Notes under the pieces: generated by a model | Told to the model about the DNA's origin: nothing | The model's input: the letters and a program-made list of their open reading frames with translations, nothing else | The model's database searches: none | Translations under genes and position numbers: made by a program | In this document: one piece after another, positions 20,506 to 31,090 of the stretch | How the letters are laid out: every line of letters begins with the position of its first letter | Position numbering within the stretch: the stretch's first letter is position 1 | Origin: Gammaproteobacteria bacterium | GTDB lineage: Bacteria > Pseudomonadota > Gammaproteobacteria > Ga0077536 | Length of the DNA: 64,000 nucleotides | NCBI GenBank assembly: GCA_009692365.1 | Contig: SHZJ01000017.1 | Span: 6,771-70,770, forward strand | Direction: 5' to 3'

Positions 20506-21804
20506 ATGAAACTCATCATCATCGACACTTCGCGCGAATGGATGGCGGCCGTTCGACGCACGCTGGCGCGCGCCCTGCCCGACATCGAGATTACCGAATA
20601 CGACGCCGATCAACAGGGCCCACCGGCGAGCGACTTCCGCTGGAACCTCTACGATGCCGCCCTGATCAGCCACGAACTGGGCGATTTGCCCCGCGGGCTG
20701 ACGTGGTTCGACCGCTATCGCGGCCTCCCAGGCTTTCCGCCGACCGTGCTGGTGGCGGCCGGCGGCGACGCCTACCTCGCGGTTGCGGCCATGAAGGCCG
20801 GCGCCGCCGATTATCTGCGCCGTGAGGATGCGCTCAGCGAGCGTCTGCCCGCGGTGTTGGGCGCGATCGCACGCCCCTCGGCGGGGTCGGAGTCTACGCT
20901 CCGAATCGCCGGCGGCGCGCGGCGCGCCCCGGAGGACTCTCTGCTGATCAGGCGGCGGCTACCCGATGACACCGCGCATCGCTTTGTGCGGCTGATTGGT
21001 CAGGGCGGATTTTCGCGGGTTTATCTGGCCGAACGAGAATTAGACGGCTCGCCGGTGGTGTTGAAAATTATCGACACCCGCCAGATCCTCGATCCGGCAA
21101 TGCTCCGCCGCTTCATCCGCGAAGCGGAGATCATGTCCAGTATTGTCGATCCGTTTGTGGTGAAAGTGTTTGGTCAGGGCTTGACCGCCAACTACGGCTA
21201 CATCTCGATGGAATTCTTTCCGGGTGGGGACCTCAAGCAGCGCATTGAACGGGGGCTAACGGTACCCGAAGCCACCGACTGCATGCGGGGCATCGCGCGG
21301 GGTCTTGAAGCCATCCATCAACGCTCGGTGATCCACCGGGATCTAAAACCCGGCAACATTATGTTTCGCGCCGACCACTCGCTCGCGCTTGCCGATTTTG
21401 GTATTTCACGCCGGGTTAACGAGTCGCTCGACCTCACCACCGCGACCGGCACTCTGGGTACGCCCGGTTACATCAGCCCCGAACAGGCGCTGGGGACTCC
21501 GGTCGACCATCGCACCGATCTCTACAGCGCCGGGATTATTTTCTATGAACTGCTCACCGGCCGCAAACCATTCCGGGCGGAGTCCCCGGCCGGATTGGTC
21601 TATCAGCATATTCATAGCACCCCCCCGCCGCTGCCGGCCCCGATAGCGCCCGCCCAGCCCATCGTCGACATGCTCCTGGCGAAAGACCCTGACGCGCGCT
21701 TCGGCAGCGCCGAAGAACTCCTACAAAGCCTCGACGAATGGCTGCCCGGCCCGACTTGGGGCGAGCGATCGCGCCCCCCAGAGTGGCTCCAGCGCGCCCA
21801 TTAG
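20506..21804 (+). CDS. Atypical receiver domain-Hanks-type Ser/Thr protein kinase fusion (paralog 1)
   Basis: Receiver-like N-terminus; GQGGFSRVY, VVLK, HRDLKPGN, DFG, GTPGYISPE, DLYSAG. Confidence 0.88.
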   Translation: MKLIIIDTSREWMAAVRRTLARALPDIEITEYDADQQGPPASDFRWNLYDAALISHELGDLPRGLTWFDRYRGLPGFPPTVLVAAGGDAYLAVAAMKAGAADYLRREDALSERLPAVLGAIARPSAGSESTLRIAGGARRAPEDSLLIRRRLPDDTAHRFVRLIGQGGFSRVYLAERELDGSPVVLKIIDTRQILDPAMLRRFIREAEIMSSIVDPFVVKVFGQGLTANYGYISMEFFPGGDLKQRIERGLTVPEATDCMRGIARGLEAIHQRSVIHRDLKPGNIMFRADHSLALADFGISRRVNESLDLTTATGTLGTPGYISPEQALGTPVDHRTDLYSAGIIFYELLTGRKPFRAESPAGLVYQHIHSTPPPLPAPIAPAQPIVDMLLAKDPDARFGSAEELLQSLDEWLPGPTWGERSRPPEWLQRAH

Positions 21805-21892
21805 CCCACCGCCAACGACGCGCTTTATCTGCACCGAACGACGCCCAGCCTGCTTATAATCGGGCGCATTCAACAACCGGGCGGCACCTACG

Positions 21893-23215
21893 ATGGCTGG
21901 TATTTTCAAGGCTTACGATATTCGCGGCATTTATGGCGAAACGCTCACCGCCGACCTCGCCACGAGCATCGCGCGCGCATTCGTGGATTATCTCGGCTGT
22001 CGCTCGGTCGTTATCGGGCGTGATATGCGCGCCCATTCACCGGCCATGTTCGAGGCGCTGGCGCGTGGGGTAACCGAACAGGGCGCGCAGGTGATCGACG
22101 TGGGTCTGTGCAGCACGCCCATGTGCTACTACGCGAACGGCAGCTTGGGCGCACAGGGCAGCATCATGATCACCGCCTCGCATAACCCCGGCGAGTGGAA
22201 CGGCATGAAACTCTGTCGCGCAGACGCCGTGCCCATCAGCGGGCCCACCGGGATCGCAGCGATCGAGGAACTGGTCAACGCGCGGCAGTTTAAAGCGCCC
22301 GCCGCGCGGCCCGGCAACATCGTGAAGCACGATATTGCGCCCGCTTACGCGGCCCACATTCGCGCCCTAGCGCACTTCCAGCGGCCCCTGCACCTCGCGG
22401 TGGATTACGCCAACGCCATGGGCTGCGTGGAGGCCGAGGCGCTGCGCGGCCTGTACACGGAGGTAGGTTTGTTTGACGAGCTAGACGGCTCGTTTCCGAA
22501 TCACGAAGCCAATCCCCTCGATCACGAAACACTGGTGCCACTCCAGCAGCTGATCCGCGGCCAAGGGGGCTTCGACTTTGGCATTGCCTTCGACGGTGAC
22601 GCCGACCGGGTGGGGTTCGTCGACGAACGTGGCGACATCGTGCCCATGGATCTCATCACCGCACTCATCGCCCAGACGCTGCTCAAAGACCAACCCGGAC
22701 GTATTTTCTACGACCTACGCAGCAGCAAGGCCGTGCGCGAGGTTATCCTTGAAGCGGGTGGCGAGCCGCTGATGTCGCGGGTGGGACATGCCTTCATCAA
22801 GCAACAAATGCGCGCCGCTGATGCGCTCTTTGCCGGCGAATTGTCGGGTCACTATTATTTTCGCGAAAATTTCTTTGCCGAGAGTTCAGCCCTGGCGGTG
22901 ATCTACGTCGCCAATCTCGTGAGTGCCAGCGCCCAACCGCTCTCGGCGCTCATTGCCCCGCTGCGCCGCTACGCGCCGAGCGGCGAAATCAATTCAACGG
23001 TACAGGACGTTGCGGCGGTCTTTGGCCGTTTACGCGGGGCGTACTCGGACGCACAATTTACTGAACTAGACGGCCTGAGCGTGGAATATCCTGATTGGTG
23101 GTTCAATGTGCGCGCCTCTAATACCGAGCCGCTCGTGCGCCTCAATCTGGAAGCCGCAACCTTGGTAGACATGGCGGCGAGGCGCGACCAAGTGCTGCAG
23201 ATCATTCGGGCGTGA
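21893..23215 (+). CDS. Phosphomannomutase/phosphoglucomutase
   Basis: FKAYDIRG, ITASHNP, FDGDADR, GELSGH, VRASNTEP. Confidence 0.93.
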   Translation: MAGIFKAYDIRGIYGETLTADLATSIARAFVDYLGCRSVVIGRDMRAHSPAMFEALARGVTEQGAQVIDVGLCSTPMCYYANGSLGAQGSIMITASHNPGEWNGMKLCRADAVPISGPTGIAAIEELVNARQFKAPAARPGNIVKHDIAPAYAAHIRALAHFQRPLHLAVDYANAMGCVEAEALRGLYTEVGLFDELDGSFPNHEANPLDHETLVPLQQLIRGQGGFDFGIAFDGDADRVGFVDERGDIVPMDLITALIAQTLLKDQPGRIFYDLRSSKAVREVILEAGGEPLMSRVGHAFIKQQMRAADALFAGELSGHYYFRENFFAESSALAVIYVANLVSASAQPLSALIAPLRRYAPSGEINSTVQDVAAVFGRLRGAYSDAQFTELDGLSVEYPDWWFNVRASNTEPLVRLNLEAATLVDMAARRDQVLQIIRA

Positions 23216-23255
23216 GCGCGCTTGGGCGCTGGCGGCACCCGCCGCCGAAAAAATG

Positions 23256-24329
23256 TCAACGATCTCGGCAAATCTCGCCGGCGATAGCGCCCAACGGCAG
23301 GCTGCGCTGGACCGCGCCGCGCTTCACCGCTTCTTTGGGCATGCCGTAAACCACGCAGGTGGCCTCGTCCTGCGCCACGGTGCGCGCACCGACGTCGAAC
23401 ATCTCCTTGAGCCCCGCCGCACCATCGTCCCCCATGCCGGTCATGATGACCCCCAAGGCATTGCGCCCGGCCGCCTTAGCGGTAGAGCGAAACAGCACAT
23501 CGACCGAGGGCCGATGCCGGCTCACGGGCGGGCCGTCTACGATATCCACGTGGTAGTAGGCGCCGCTGCGCTTCAACAGCAGGTGGCGGCCGCCGGGCGC
23601 AATGAGCGCCAAACCCGGAATAACGCGGTCGTTGTGCGCCGCCTCGCGCACTTCGATGGCGCAAATAATATTCAGCCGCGCGGCAAAAGCCGCCGTGAAT
23701 TTCTCGGGCATGTGCTGCACGATGACGATGCCCGGCGCGACCCGCGGCAGCGTGGTCAATACCGCTTCCAGGGCCTGCGTGCCGCCAGTGGAAGTGCCGA
23801 TGGCCACTATGCGCTCGGTAGTCTGCGCGAGCGCCTGCCCGGCGGGCGGTGCCAGCACCACATCTGCGTTTAATTTTGCCGGGACCTTCGCCAGGCTATC
23901 CAGCGACGGCCGAATGAGCCCGACCCGCGCCTGCGCCGCCGCCTTGATCGCCTGCGCCAACTCCGCCGCCGATTCTTCTAAGAAACGCTTCAGCGCCACT
24001 TTAGGCTTCACGATAATCTCGACCGCGCCAGCCGCTAGCGCCTGCATCGTGGTGTCCGCGCCCTTTTCGGTTAGCGTCGAGCAAATCACCACTGGGGTGG
24101 GCCGCTCGGCCATAATTTTACGCAGAAACGTGATGCCGTCCATGCGGGGCATCTCGACATCCAGCACGATGACGTCTGGCCACTCGCGCCGCATCTTCTC
24201 CAGCGCGTAGAGCGGGTCGGGGGCAACCCCCAGCAAGCGCAGACCAACAGTCTTGGTGATGATGTCGCTCATGACCTGCCGCACGACGGCCGAATCGTCC
24301 ACCACCATCACGCTGATCACAGTAGTCAA
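23256..24329 (-). CDS. cheB: Chemotaxis methylesterase CheB
   Basis: Receiver [30 protein letters not shown]; probable TTG start overlapping the cheD stop. Confidence 0.93.
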   Translation of the reverse strand: MTTVISVMVVDDSAVVRQVMSDIITKTVGLRLLGVAPDPLYALEKMRREWPDVIVLDVEMPRMDGITFLRKIMAERPTPVVICSTLTEKGADTTMQALAAGAVEIIVKPKVALKRFLEESAAELAQAIKAAAQARVGLIRPSLDSLAKVPAKLNADVVLAPPAGQALAQTTERIVAIGTSTGGTQALEAVLTTLPRVAPGIVIVQHMPEKFTAAFAARLNIICAIEVREAAHNDRVIPGLALIAPGGRHLLLKRSGAYYHVDIVDGPPVSRHRPSVDVLFRSTAKAAGRNALGVIMTGMGDDGAAGLKEMFDVGARTVAQDEATCVVYGMPKEAVKRGAVQRSLPLGAIAGEICRDR

Positions 24330-24823
24330 CGCGCGCTGACCGGCGGTTGATGCTTCACCCACACGTTGCCGTCCCACAGGTCGAACATCACCACCCGATG
24401 GCCGTCGCCGCCCACGTGGCTGGCCTTGACGGGCTGCCCGTGGAGCGCGAGTAATTCGAGCCCCGCCACGACGTTCTGCCGACCGATCGCCAAGCGACCG
24501 CTTCTTGCCACCGTCGGGAACATATCGCCCCCACCGAAGACCTTGATTTCATATTCGTTGGGATCGCTGCCGTGGCGCACCGACTCCCGCAAAAACATCA
24601 GATAGGCCTCATCGCCAAAGCGACCGTCTAAATCGCCGCTGCGGCGCGCGCCACGCGTCGGCAGCATGTAGTGACACATCGCGCCGTAGTGCCGCCGCGG
24701 ATGCCACATCGTGATAGCGACGCACGAGCCCAGCAGGGTACGCAGGCGCACATCCGCATCATCGCTGAACTGAAACTCACCCGGCTGCAGGAAAAATTCT
24801 AGATATTCATTCGCGGCACGCAT
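24326..24823 (-). CDS. cheD: Chemoreceptor glutamine deamidase CheD
   Basis: [25 protein letters not shown]. Confidence 0.92.
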   Translation of the reverse strand: MRAANEYLEFFLQPGEFQFSDDADVRLRTLLGSCVAITMWHPRRHYGAMCHYMLPTRGARRSGDLDGRFGDEAYLMFLRESVRHGSDPNEYEIKVFGGGDMFPTVARSGRLAIGRQNVVAGLELLALHGQPVKASHVGGDGHRVVMFDLWDGNVWVKHQPPVSAR

Positions 24824-24826
24824 CCC

Positions 24827-25642
24827 CTAGCCTCGGTCCTGACGTTGGTAGATGGCCGGCTGGAGGCTAGTCAGCGGGAGATTCATACCGTGCAGACTCT
24901 CCGAATGACCACAGAAGAAAAACCCGCCGGGTCGCAGCACCGAGCACAACTGGCGAACGACCGTGGCCTTGGTTTCCATATCAAAATAGATCAACACGTT
25001 GCGGAGGAAAATCAAATCGAAAACCCCGACCTCGGGGAGCGGCGCGATGAGGTTGATCTGCCGAAAGTTTACGCGCCGACGCAAGTCCGGCATTAGCCGA
25101 AAAGTACCCTCCTGCGAGCGCACACCCCGCAGACAAAAACGCGTTAACAGCGCCCGGGGGATCTGTTCGGCGCGCGCCATGGCGTAGTGCGCGGACTGCG
25201 CCCGTGTGAGCATCCGAGTGCTGACATCCGAACCCATGATTTCCCAAGTCCCCGGGGCCAGGCGCGCGGCCAGCAGCATGGCGATGCTCCACACTTCCTC
25301 CCCGCTGGAGCAGGCAGCGCTCCACACCCGATAGGTTGCACCCGGCAATCGGGCCGGCAGCGCCCGGTCGCGCAGAAAGTCGAAGTGCTTAGGCTCGCGG
25401 AAAAAATAGGTCTCGTTAGTGGTGAGTAAATCGAGCGCAATTTGCGGCTCGCCCGCCTCGCCGCCGCTCGTGATGAGTCGATAGTACGCGCCAAAACTGT
25501 CGAGCCCAAAATGGATCAAGCGCTTTTGCAGACGACTCATCACGAGCGGTTTTTTTGCGGGCGCTAAATTGATGCCGACCTGGGCATACACCCAGTCACG
25601 GATCAGCTTAAATTCGGGATCGCTTAAAATATTGACGGCCAT
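24827..25642 (-). CDS. cheR: Chemotaxis methyltransferase CheR
   Basis: LTTNETYFFRE, WSAACSSGEE, RNVLIYFD, GHSESL; start adjusted. Confidence 0.93.
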   Translation of the reverse strand: MAVNILSDPEFKLIRDWVYAQVGINLAPAKKPLVMSRLQKRLIHFGLDSFGAYYRLITSGGEAGEPQIALDLLTTNETYFFREPKHFDFLRDRALPARLPGATYRVWSAACSSGEEVWSIAMLLAARLAPGTWEIMGSDVSTRMLTRAQSAHYAMARAEQIPRALLTRFCLRGVRSQEGTFRLMPDLRRRVNFRQINLIAPLPEVGVFDLIFLRNVLIYFDMETKATVVRQLCSVLRPGGFFFCGHSESLHGMNLPLTSLQPAIYQRQDRG

Positions 25643-25701
25643 ACGGACGGGATATCCCTTTAGCACCAGGGCGGCGCTGGCGAGGCGATGCGGGTAACCC
25701 G

Positions 25702-26205
25702 CTAGGCGGTCGTCGCGCCCAAGGCGGCAATCTCGTGGATGGACAGCACCGTTGAGCTGTCGAGTATCACCACAAAGCCCCCGTTAACCTTACCCATGCC
25801 GCGGATGAAGTCGGTCCGCAATTTGGCCCCAAAAGCCGGCGGCGGCTCGATATCAGTCGCCGGAATCTCGATCACTTGATTGACACCATCCACCATGATT
25901 CCGACGTCCAATTGCTCACCATCCGCGTGCACCTCTAGAATCACCACGCAGGTGCGGCGCGTTGGCGTGCTCTGGGGCCGCCCAAATCGCACCGCCAAAT
26001 CCACCACCGGCACCACCCGCCCGCGCAGGTTCAACACGCCCCGCACGCAGTCCGCCATTAACGGCACATTGGTCAAGTCCGGGTATTCCAGAATTTCCTT
26101 GATCATTAAAATTGGCATCGCGAAGGTTTCTTCGCCCAGCCGAAAAGTAAGGTACTGCTGGTGCTCGGCACCAGCACCATCGCCCTGCGCGGCAGCTTGC
26201 ATCAT
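25702..26205 (-). CDS. cheW: CheW scaffold protein
   Basis: QYLTFRL, GVLNLRGRVVPVVDL, IEPPPAFG. Confidence 0.93.
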   Translation of the reverse strand: MMQAAAQGDGAGAEHQQYLTFRLGEETFAMPILMIKEILEYPDLTNVPLMADCVRGVLNLRGRVVPVVDLAVRFGRPQSTPTRRTCVVILEVHADGEQLDVGIMVDGVNQVIEIPATDIEPPPAFGAKLRTDFIRGMGKVNGGFVVILDSSTVLSIHEIAALGATTA

Positions 26206-26210
26206 GCCCC

Positions 26211-28043
26211 CTAGAACTTTACGAACTCAGAATCGCTGGCCTCGGACTCCGCGAAGCGTGCGCCACCCGCAGCCCGGCTAGGCGGGGCGCGGCGGGGCGC
26301 CGCCACCGCACGCGGCGCCACACTACGCGCGTCCGGACTCCGGCCACGGGCCACGCTGTCCAGCCGAAAAAACGCCATAAGCTCGCGTAATTGCGCCGCC
26401 TTGCCGTTCATTTCTTCCGCCGTGGCCGCCAATTCCTCCGCCGCCGAGGCGTTTTGTTGGGTGGCCTGATTGAGCTGATTGATCGCCGAATTGATCTGCG
26501 TAGCGCCGGTGGCCTGCTCGCTCGAAGCCGCCGCGATTTCCTGCACAAGGTCGGAGGTTTTCTGGATCGCCGGCACAATTTCGCTGAGCAGGGTGCCGGC
26601 CCGTTCGGCGAGTTGCACGCTGTTGCCAGCCAGCCCGCTAATTTCCTGTGCCGCCACTTGGCTGCGCTCAGCCAGCTTGCGCACTTCGGCGGCGACCACC
26701 GCAAAACCACGCCCATGCTCACCGGCCCGCGCCGCTTCTATCGCCGCATTGAGCGCGAGCAAATTAGTTTGATAAGCGATGTCGTCGATAATGCCGATTT
26801 TCTGTGCAATGGTTTTCATCGCCTGCACGGTCTCGCGCACGGCCACGCCGCCTTCGGAAGCTTCTTGCGCCGCCTTCCCGGCCATGCCATCGGTGACCTT
26901 GGCGTTCTCGCTGTTTTGATTGATCGAGGCCGCCATCTCCTCGATGGACGCACTCGACTCCTCCACGCTCGCCGCCTGCTCACTCGCCGCCTGGCTAATC
27001 GACTGCGCGGTGGCGCTCACCTGTTCGGCCGCGTTCAAAATGGCCTCGGTGGTCGTGCTGACCTCGGAGATCGTGGCGGAGAGGCGGTCTACGGTGTCGT
27101 TACACGCGTCTTTCAAGGCGCCAAAAGTGCCCTGATAGTCGTTCGTTATTTTCTCCGTCAGGTCGCCGTCGGCCAGCGCTGACAGCACTCGCAGCACCTC
27201 GGCCAGGCCGGTGTCGCAGGTCCCCACCAAGGCGTTGATGTGGTCGCAAAGCTGGCGAAAAAAACCCTGCTTGCCGGCGGTCTCCAGGCGACGGTTAAAG
27301 TCACCCGCTGAAGCTGCCGCCACCACTGCCGCCAGTTCGTTTTCGACGACGACCTCATCGGAACGGTCTTTCCATTCCGCTACCGAGCCCAGACGCTCGC
27401 CCTTCTCGTCGCTGATGGGCGAGGCGGTAAGCGAGAACGTACGCCCTCCCACCACGATTTGCGCCACATGCGGGCTGCGGAGTTGCCCCAGCAAGTTGCG
27501 CTGATGCGCGGGGTTTTTGTGAAACACATCGAAATTCACACCCACCAGGCGCTTGGCGTCGAAATGGACTAATTCCTTGCGGATGTCGGCTTCCGCGTTG
27601 CTCAGCATCGTCTGCAAAGAATGGTTCAGGTACCGAATGATCCCATCGCGGTCGGCGATCATCACATTCGCGGTGGCGTTATCCAGCGCATGTTTGATCC
27701 GGATGTGCTCCGCCAGATGTTCCTCGGCGCCGCGCAGGTGACCACGCACCTCGTCCATCGCCGCAGTAATCAGCGCTTTACGTCCCGGCAGCCGCTCGAA
27801 TTCCTGCGAGAGGTCGCCGCCAACATATTGGGTGATGCAGTCCACTACCTGCATCTTGACGGCGATATGCGAATGGACCAGCGCATTGATGGTTTCGGCG
27901 ATCGCCCGCTGGTCGCCTTCGAAGCCCTGCAGGGGAATTCGGTAATCGATGGCGCCCGCCAGGTGCTCTTGCTGCATGCGGGTAGCCGCTGCGCTGAGTT
28001 GTTCCAACTGCCGAGTGCCTTTGTTTAGATCGAAGATTCCCAT
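26211..28043 (-). CDS. Soluble PAS-containing chemoreceptor, Aer2-like
   Basis: No TM segment; PAS with [12 protein letters not shown] and AEWKDRS; HAMP-like region; [28 protein letters not shown]-terminal EFVKF. Confidence 0.88.
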   Translation of the reverse strand: MGIFDLNKGTRQLEQLSAAATRMQQEHLAGAIDYRIPLQGFEGDQRAIAETINALVHSHIAVKMQVVDCITQYVGGDLSQEFERLPGRKALITAAMDEVRGHLRGAEEHLAEHIRIKHALDNATANVMIADRDGIIRYLNHSLQTMLSNAEADIRKELVHFDAKRLVGVNFDVFHKNPAHQRNLLGQLRSPHVAQIVVGGRTFSLTASPISDEKGERLGSVAEWKDRSDEVVVENELAAVVAAASAGDFNRRLETAGKQGFFRQLCDHINALVGTCDTGLAEVLRVLSALADGDLTEKITNDYQGTFGALKDACNDTVDRLSATISEVSTTTEAILNAAEQVSATAQSISQAASEQAASVEESSASIEEMAASINQNSENAKVTDGMAGKAAQEASEGGVAVRETVQAMKTIAQKIGIIDDIAYQTNLLALNAAIEAARAGEHGRGFAVVAAEVRKLAERSQVAAQEISGLAGNSVQLAERAGTLLSEIVPAIQKTSDLVQEIAAASSEQATGATQINSAINQLNQATQQNASAAEELAATAEEMNGKAAQLRELMAFFRLDSVARGRSPDARSVAPRAVAAPRRAPPSRAAGGARFAESEASDSEFVKF

Positions 28044-28079
28044 GTCCGCCTACCTCTCGTTTGGTTGGAATGGATGGCC

Positions 28080-30386
28080 CTAGGCCACCACACGACCTGG
28101 GGGTCGTGTGCGTTCCACTCTTTTGATAAGCCCAGGCACATCTAGGATCAGCGCGACTTCGCCGCTACCCAAAATGGTCGAGCCACTAATGCCCTGTAGA
28201 TAACTAAATAATTTGCCTAGCGGTTTGATGACGGTCTGAAATTCGCCGAATAGTTCATCCACCACCAGACCAGCTTTCAGCGCGCCGAAACGTACGACCA
28301 CGATGTTTTCGCGCCGGCTCAGAACGGCTCCTTGCGCGTGAGCTGCGGCGCCTTCAGTCGCGTCGTTGAGCGCAAATGCATCGCGCAGTCGCACCACCGG
28401 CAAGACAGCGCCCCGGACATTGATAAATCCGCGCTCGCTCACGAAGCAACGGTCCGCCTCCGACAGCTCCATGCACTCCACCACCACATCGAGCGGCAGC
28501 ACGTAGCGCGCCGCGCCCAATCCCACCATGAAGCCGTCGATGATCGCCAGCGTCAGCGGCAGACGAATGCGCACCAACGTGCCGAGGCCCTCGGTGCTGT
28601 CGATTTCGATCATCCCCCGCAGGGTTTCAATGCTGCGCCGGACGACGTCCATCCCAACCCCACGGCCGGATAAATTAGAGACTGCCTCGGCGGTAGAAAA
28701 TCCTGCTTCGAAAACCAGCTGTTGAATTTCCTGCGGGGTCGGATTGGCGCTGGCAGCCAACAGCCCACGCTCGATCGCCTTGTGGCGAATTTTGTCGAGC
28801 GGCAGACCACCGCCGTCGTCCGCCACCTCGATGACGATGCTGCCGGAGTCGTGATAGGCGTTCAGCGAAATCTTCGCCCGCGCAGGTTTGCCGCTGGCCA
28901 AACGACGGGCGGCGTTCTCGATGCCGTGGTCCATGGCGTTGCGCACCAAATGCATCAACGGGTCGCCAATGCGCTCCACCACCGACTTATCAAGTTCCGT
29001 CTCAGCGCCGGCGATGACCAACTCGATGTCCTTGCCCAGGTCCAAGCTGACATCGCGCACCACCCGTTGAAAACGCTGGAAAGTGGCTGCAATGGGGACC
29101 ATGCGCAGGCTCAACGCGTTGTCGCGCACCTGCTCGACTAGCCGCAGGAGTGCCGCCGCCGATTCCACAATATCGCCCAGCTTGGCGTGCTGGGCTAAGG
29201 CAAACGTGCCAGAGCCTGCGATGACCAGCTCGCCTACCAGCGTAATTAACTGGTCGAGTTTCTCGGCATCCACCCGAATGAGCTTGCTGTCCTGTGCCTT
29301 CGCCAGCCGCGCCTGCTGCTGACGCTCTAGCGCCGCATCGACCACCGGTTCGGGCACGGCACCGGCATCAACCAGAATCCGGCCCAGGGGGCGGGGACCA
29401 CCCGGTGCCACTGGGGGCCGCGACTCGGCGGCCTGTTCGGCCAGCGCCGCTGCCAATTCGAGGTCGGTCAGCGCGTGGGCCGCCACCAGTATTTCACCTA
29501 GTTTGGACGGCCCTTCCGGCAGCGCCGCGAGGTCGGCAAGCTGCGCACGCACTTGGCTGCTGGGCGGCGTGAGCTGGATTTTGCAATCATCGCGGATGAA
29601 GTCGAACACTGCGTCGATGACGGCCCGGTCGGCCGTCGTCGCGAGTTCCAGGGCTACATCGAGGTAGCAACTTTCGGGGTCCATTGCTACCAAGGGCGGC
29701 AGGCGGCCCCAGAGCGTGGTGAGGTTGACTATCTCGCCCACGGTGCCGAGATAGTGAAGTATCGACAGGGGGTCCATGCCGTTGCGCAAGACGTCGGCGC
29801 CGAACTGTAGCGCGATGCGCCACACCAACGCGGCCGGCTGGGCTAGGGCGGGTTCAGCACTGGCAAGAAACACCGCGTAATCGGCCGCCAGCGAAGTCGG
29901 GAGCGCGGCCGCGGAGGGGGTTGCTGGCGGCGCCCCACTAGCCAGCAACAGCGCAACATCCGCTGCCATCGAGTGCCGGTCAACGGCGTTCGGGAGTGCC
30001 GGCAGATACTGCGCCAACTCACGCTCCAAAGCCTCGCCGACCGCGCTCACCGCGGGCTGCAGCGGCAGATTATCCACGGCCGGCGTCACCAGCGTGCCCA
30101 GGTGGTCGCCACAACGTAGGAGCAAGGCAGAAAGTGCCGGTGTTAACGCCACTTCACCGGCGCGCACCAAGTCCAATAAATTCTCAAGCTGATGGGTATG
30201 CGCCACAATGGTATTGAACCCAAACATGCCGGCCGAGCCCTTGATGGTATGCGCGGTGCGGAAGACCGCGTCGAGCAGCTCTCGGTCGCCGGGTCGGTGC
30301 TCTAGCAGCAGCAGCGATTGCTCCATCTGCTCGAGGAGCTCGCCGGCTTCGGCGATGAAAATCTCTAGGGCAGGGGTCAAATCCAT
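28080..30386 (-). CDS. cheA: Chemotaxis histidine kinase CheA
   Basis: P1 FRTAHTIKGSAG, GELVI, HLVRNAMDHGIE, GFST..SGRGVGMDVV, LPLTLAI, P5 domain. Confidence 0.95.
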   Translation of the reverse strand: MDLTPALEIFIAEAGELLEQMEQSLLLLEHRPGDRELLDAVFRTAHTIKGSAGMFGFNTIVAHTHQLENLLDLVRAGEVALTPALSALLLRCGDHLGTLVTPAVDNLPLQPAVSAVGEALERELAQYLPALPNAVDRHSMAADVALLLASGAPPATPSAAALPTSLAADYAVFLASAEPALAQPAALVWRIALQFGADVLRNGMDPLSILHYLGTVGEIVNLTTLWGRLPPLVAMDPESCYLDVALELATTADRAVIDAVFDFIRDDCKIQLTPPSSQVRAQLADLAALPEGPSKLGEILVAAHALTDLELAAALAEQAAESRPPVAPGGPRPLGRILVDAGAVPEPVVDAALERQQQARLAKAQDSKLIRVDAEKLDQLITLVGELVIAGSGTFALAQHAKLGDIVESAAALLRLVEQVRDNALSLRMVPIAATFQRFQRVVRDVSLDLGKDIELVIAGAETELDKSVVERIGDPLMHLVRNAMDHGIENAARRLASGKPARAKISLNAYHDSGSIVIEVADDGGGLPLDKIRHKAIERGLLAASANPTPQEIQQLVFEAGFSTAEAVSNLSGRGVGMDVVRRSIETLRGMIEIDSTEGLGTLVRIRLPLTLAIIDGFMVGLGAARYVLPLDVVVECMELSEADRCFVSERGFINVRGAVLPVVRLRDAFALNDATEGAAAHAQGAVLSRRENIVVVRFGALKAGLVVDELFGEFQTVIKPLGKLFSYLQGISGSTILGSGEVALILDVPGLIKRVERTRPPGRVVA

Positions 30387-30405
30387 GGGAGATTTTCCGG
30401 GTCGC

Positions 30406-30690
30406 TCAAGCGAACTGCTGGCGCAGATTGAGCAGCGTCAGCACCGCGTTAGCGGCGTCGCTCACGGCACTCACTCGCAGCGCCCGGCCGGTGAGCTCGC
30501 ATTCACGTTTGAGTAACAGCAGTTGCTGGACACCCGCGCTATCGAGTTCACTCACCTCGCTCAGATCAAGCTCGAGCGGGCCGCCCTCGACTAGGGTCGC
30601 CTGCAGACGGGCGTGCAGCGCGGCCGCCGCATAGATGTTTAATTCGCCCACGAGCTTCAAAACAGTGGCTGCGGGTTGGTCTAGGTTCAC
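30406..30690 (-). CDS. STAS domain protein
   Basis: GELNIY, LDLSEVSELDSAGVQ. Confidence 0.85.
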   Translation of the reverse strand: MNLDQPAATVLKLVGELNIYAAAALHARLQATLVEGGPLELDLSEVSELDSAGVQQLLLLKRECELTGRALRVSAVSDAANAVLTLLNLRQQFA

Positions 30691-30712
30691 GCTTACAAGC
30701 CTCCAGCAGCCC

Positions 30713-31081
30713 CTAAGGGAGCACCAGTTTCGAGACCGCCGCCAGCATCTGTTCGGGCTTGAAGGGCTTCACTACCCAGGCTTTTGCGCCAGCGGCCTGC
30801 CCTTCCATTTTCTTACCCTCCTGACTTTCAGTCGTCAGCATGATGATCGGGGTAAATTTATAGGCAGCGTTTTGCTTGACGGCTTTCACAAAAGTGATCC
30901 CATCCATGTTGGGCATGTTGACGTCGCTGATGATCAGGTGGATTTTCTGGCCGTTGAGCTTGCTCAAGCCATCGACGCCGTCGCAGGCTTCAATAACCTC
31001 ATAACCACCGCCCTTGAGGGCAATGGCGACCACCTGCCGCAGCGAGGCGGAGTCATCCACGATCAAAATTGTTTTCGCCAT
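30713..31081 (-). CDS. cheY: CheY response regulator
   Basis: ILIVDDS, ISDVNMPNMDG, MLTTE, VVKPF. Confidence 0.93.
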   Translation of the reverse strand: MAKTILIVDDSASLRQVVAIALKGGGYEVIEACDGVDGLSKLNGQKIHLIISDVNMPNMDGITFVKAVKQNAAYKFTPIIMLTTESQEGKKMEGQAAGAKAWVVKPFKPEQMLAAVSKLVLP

Positions 31082-31090
31082 GGCGGAACC

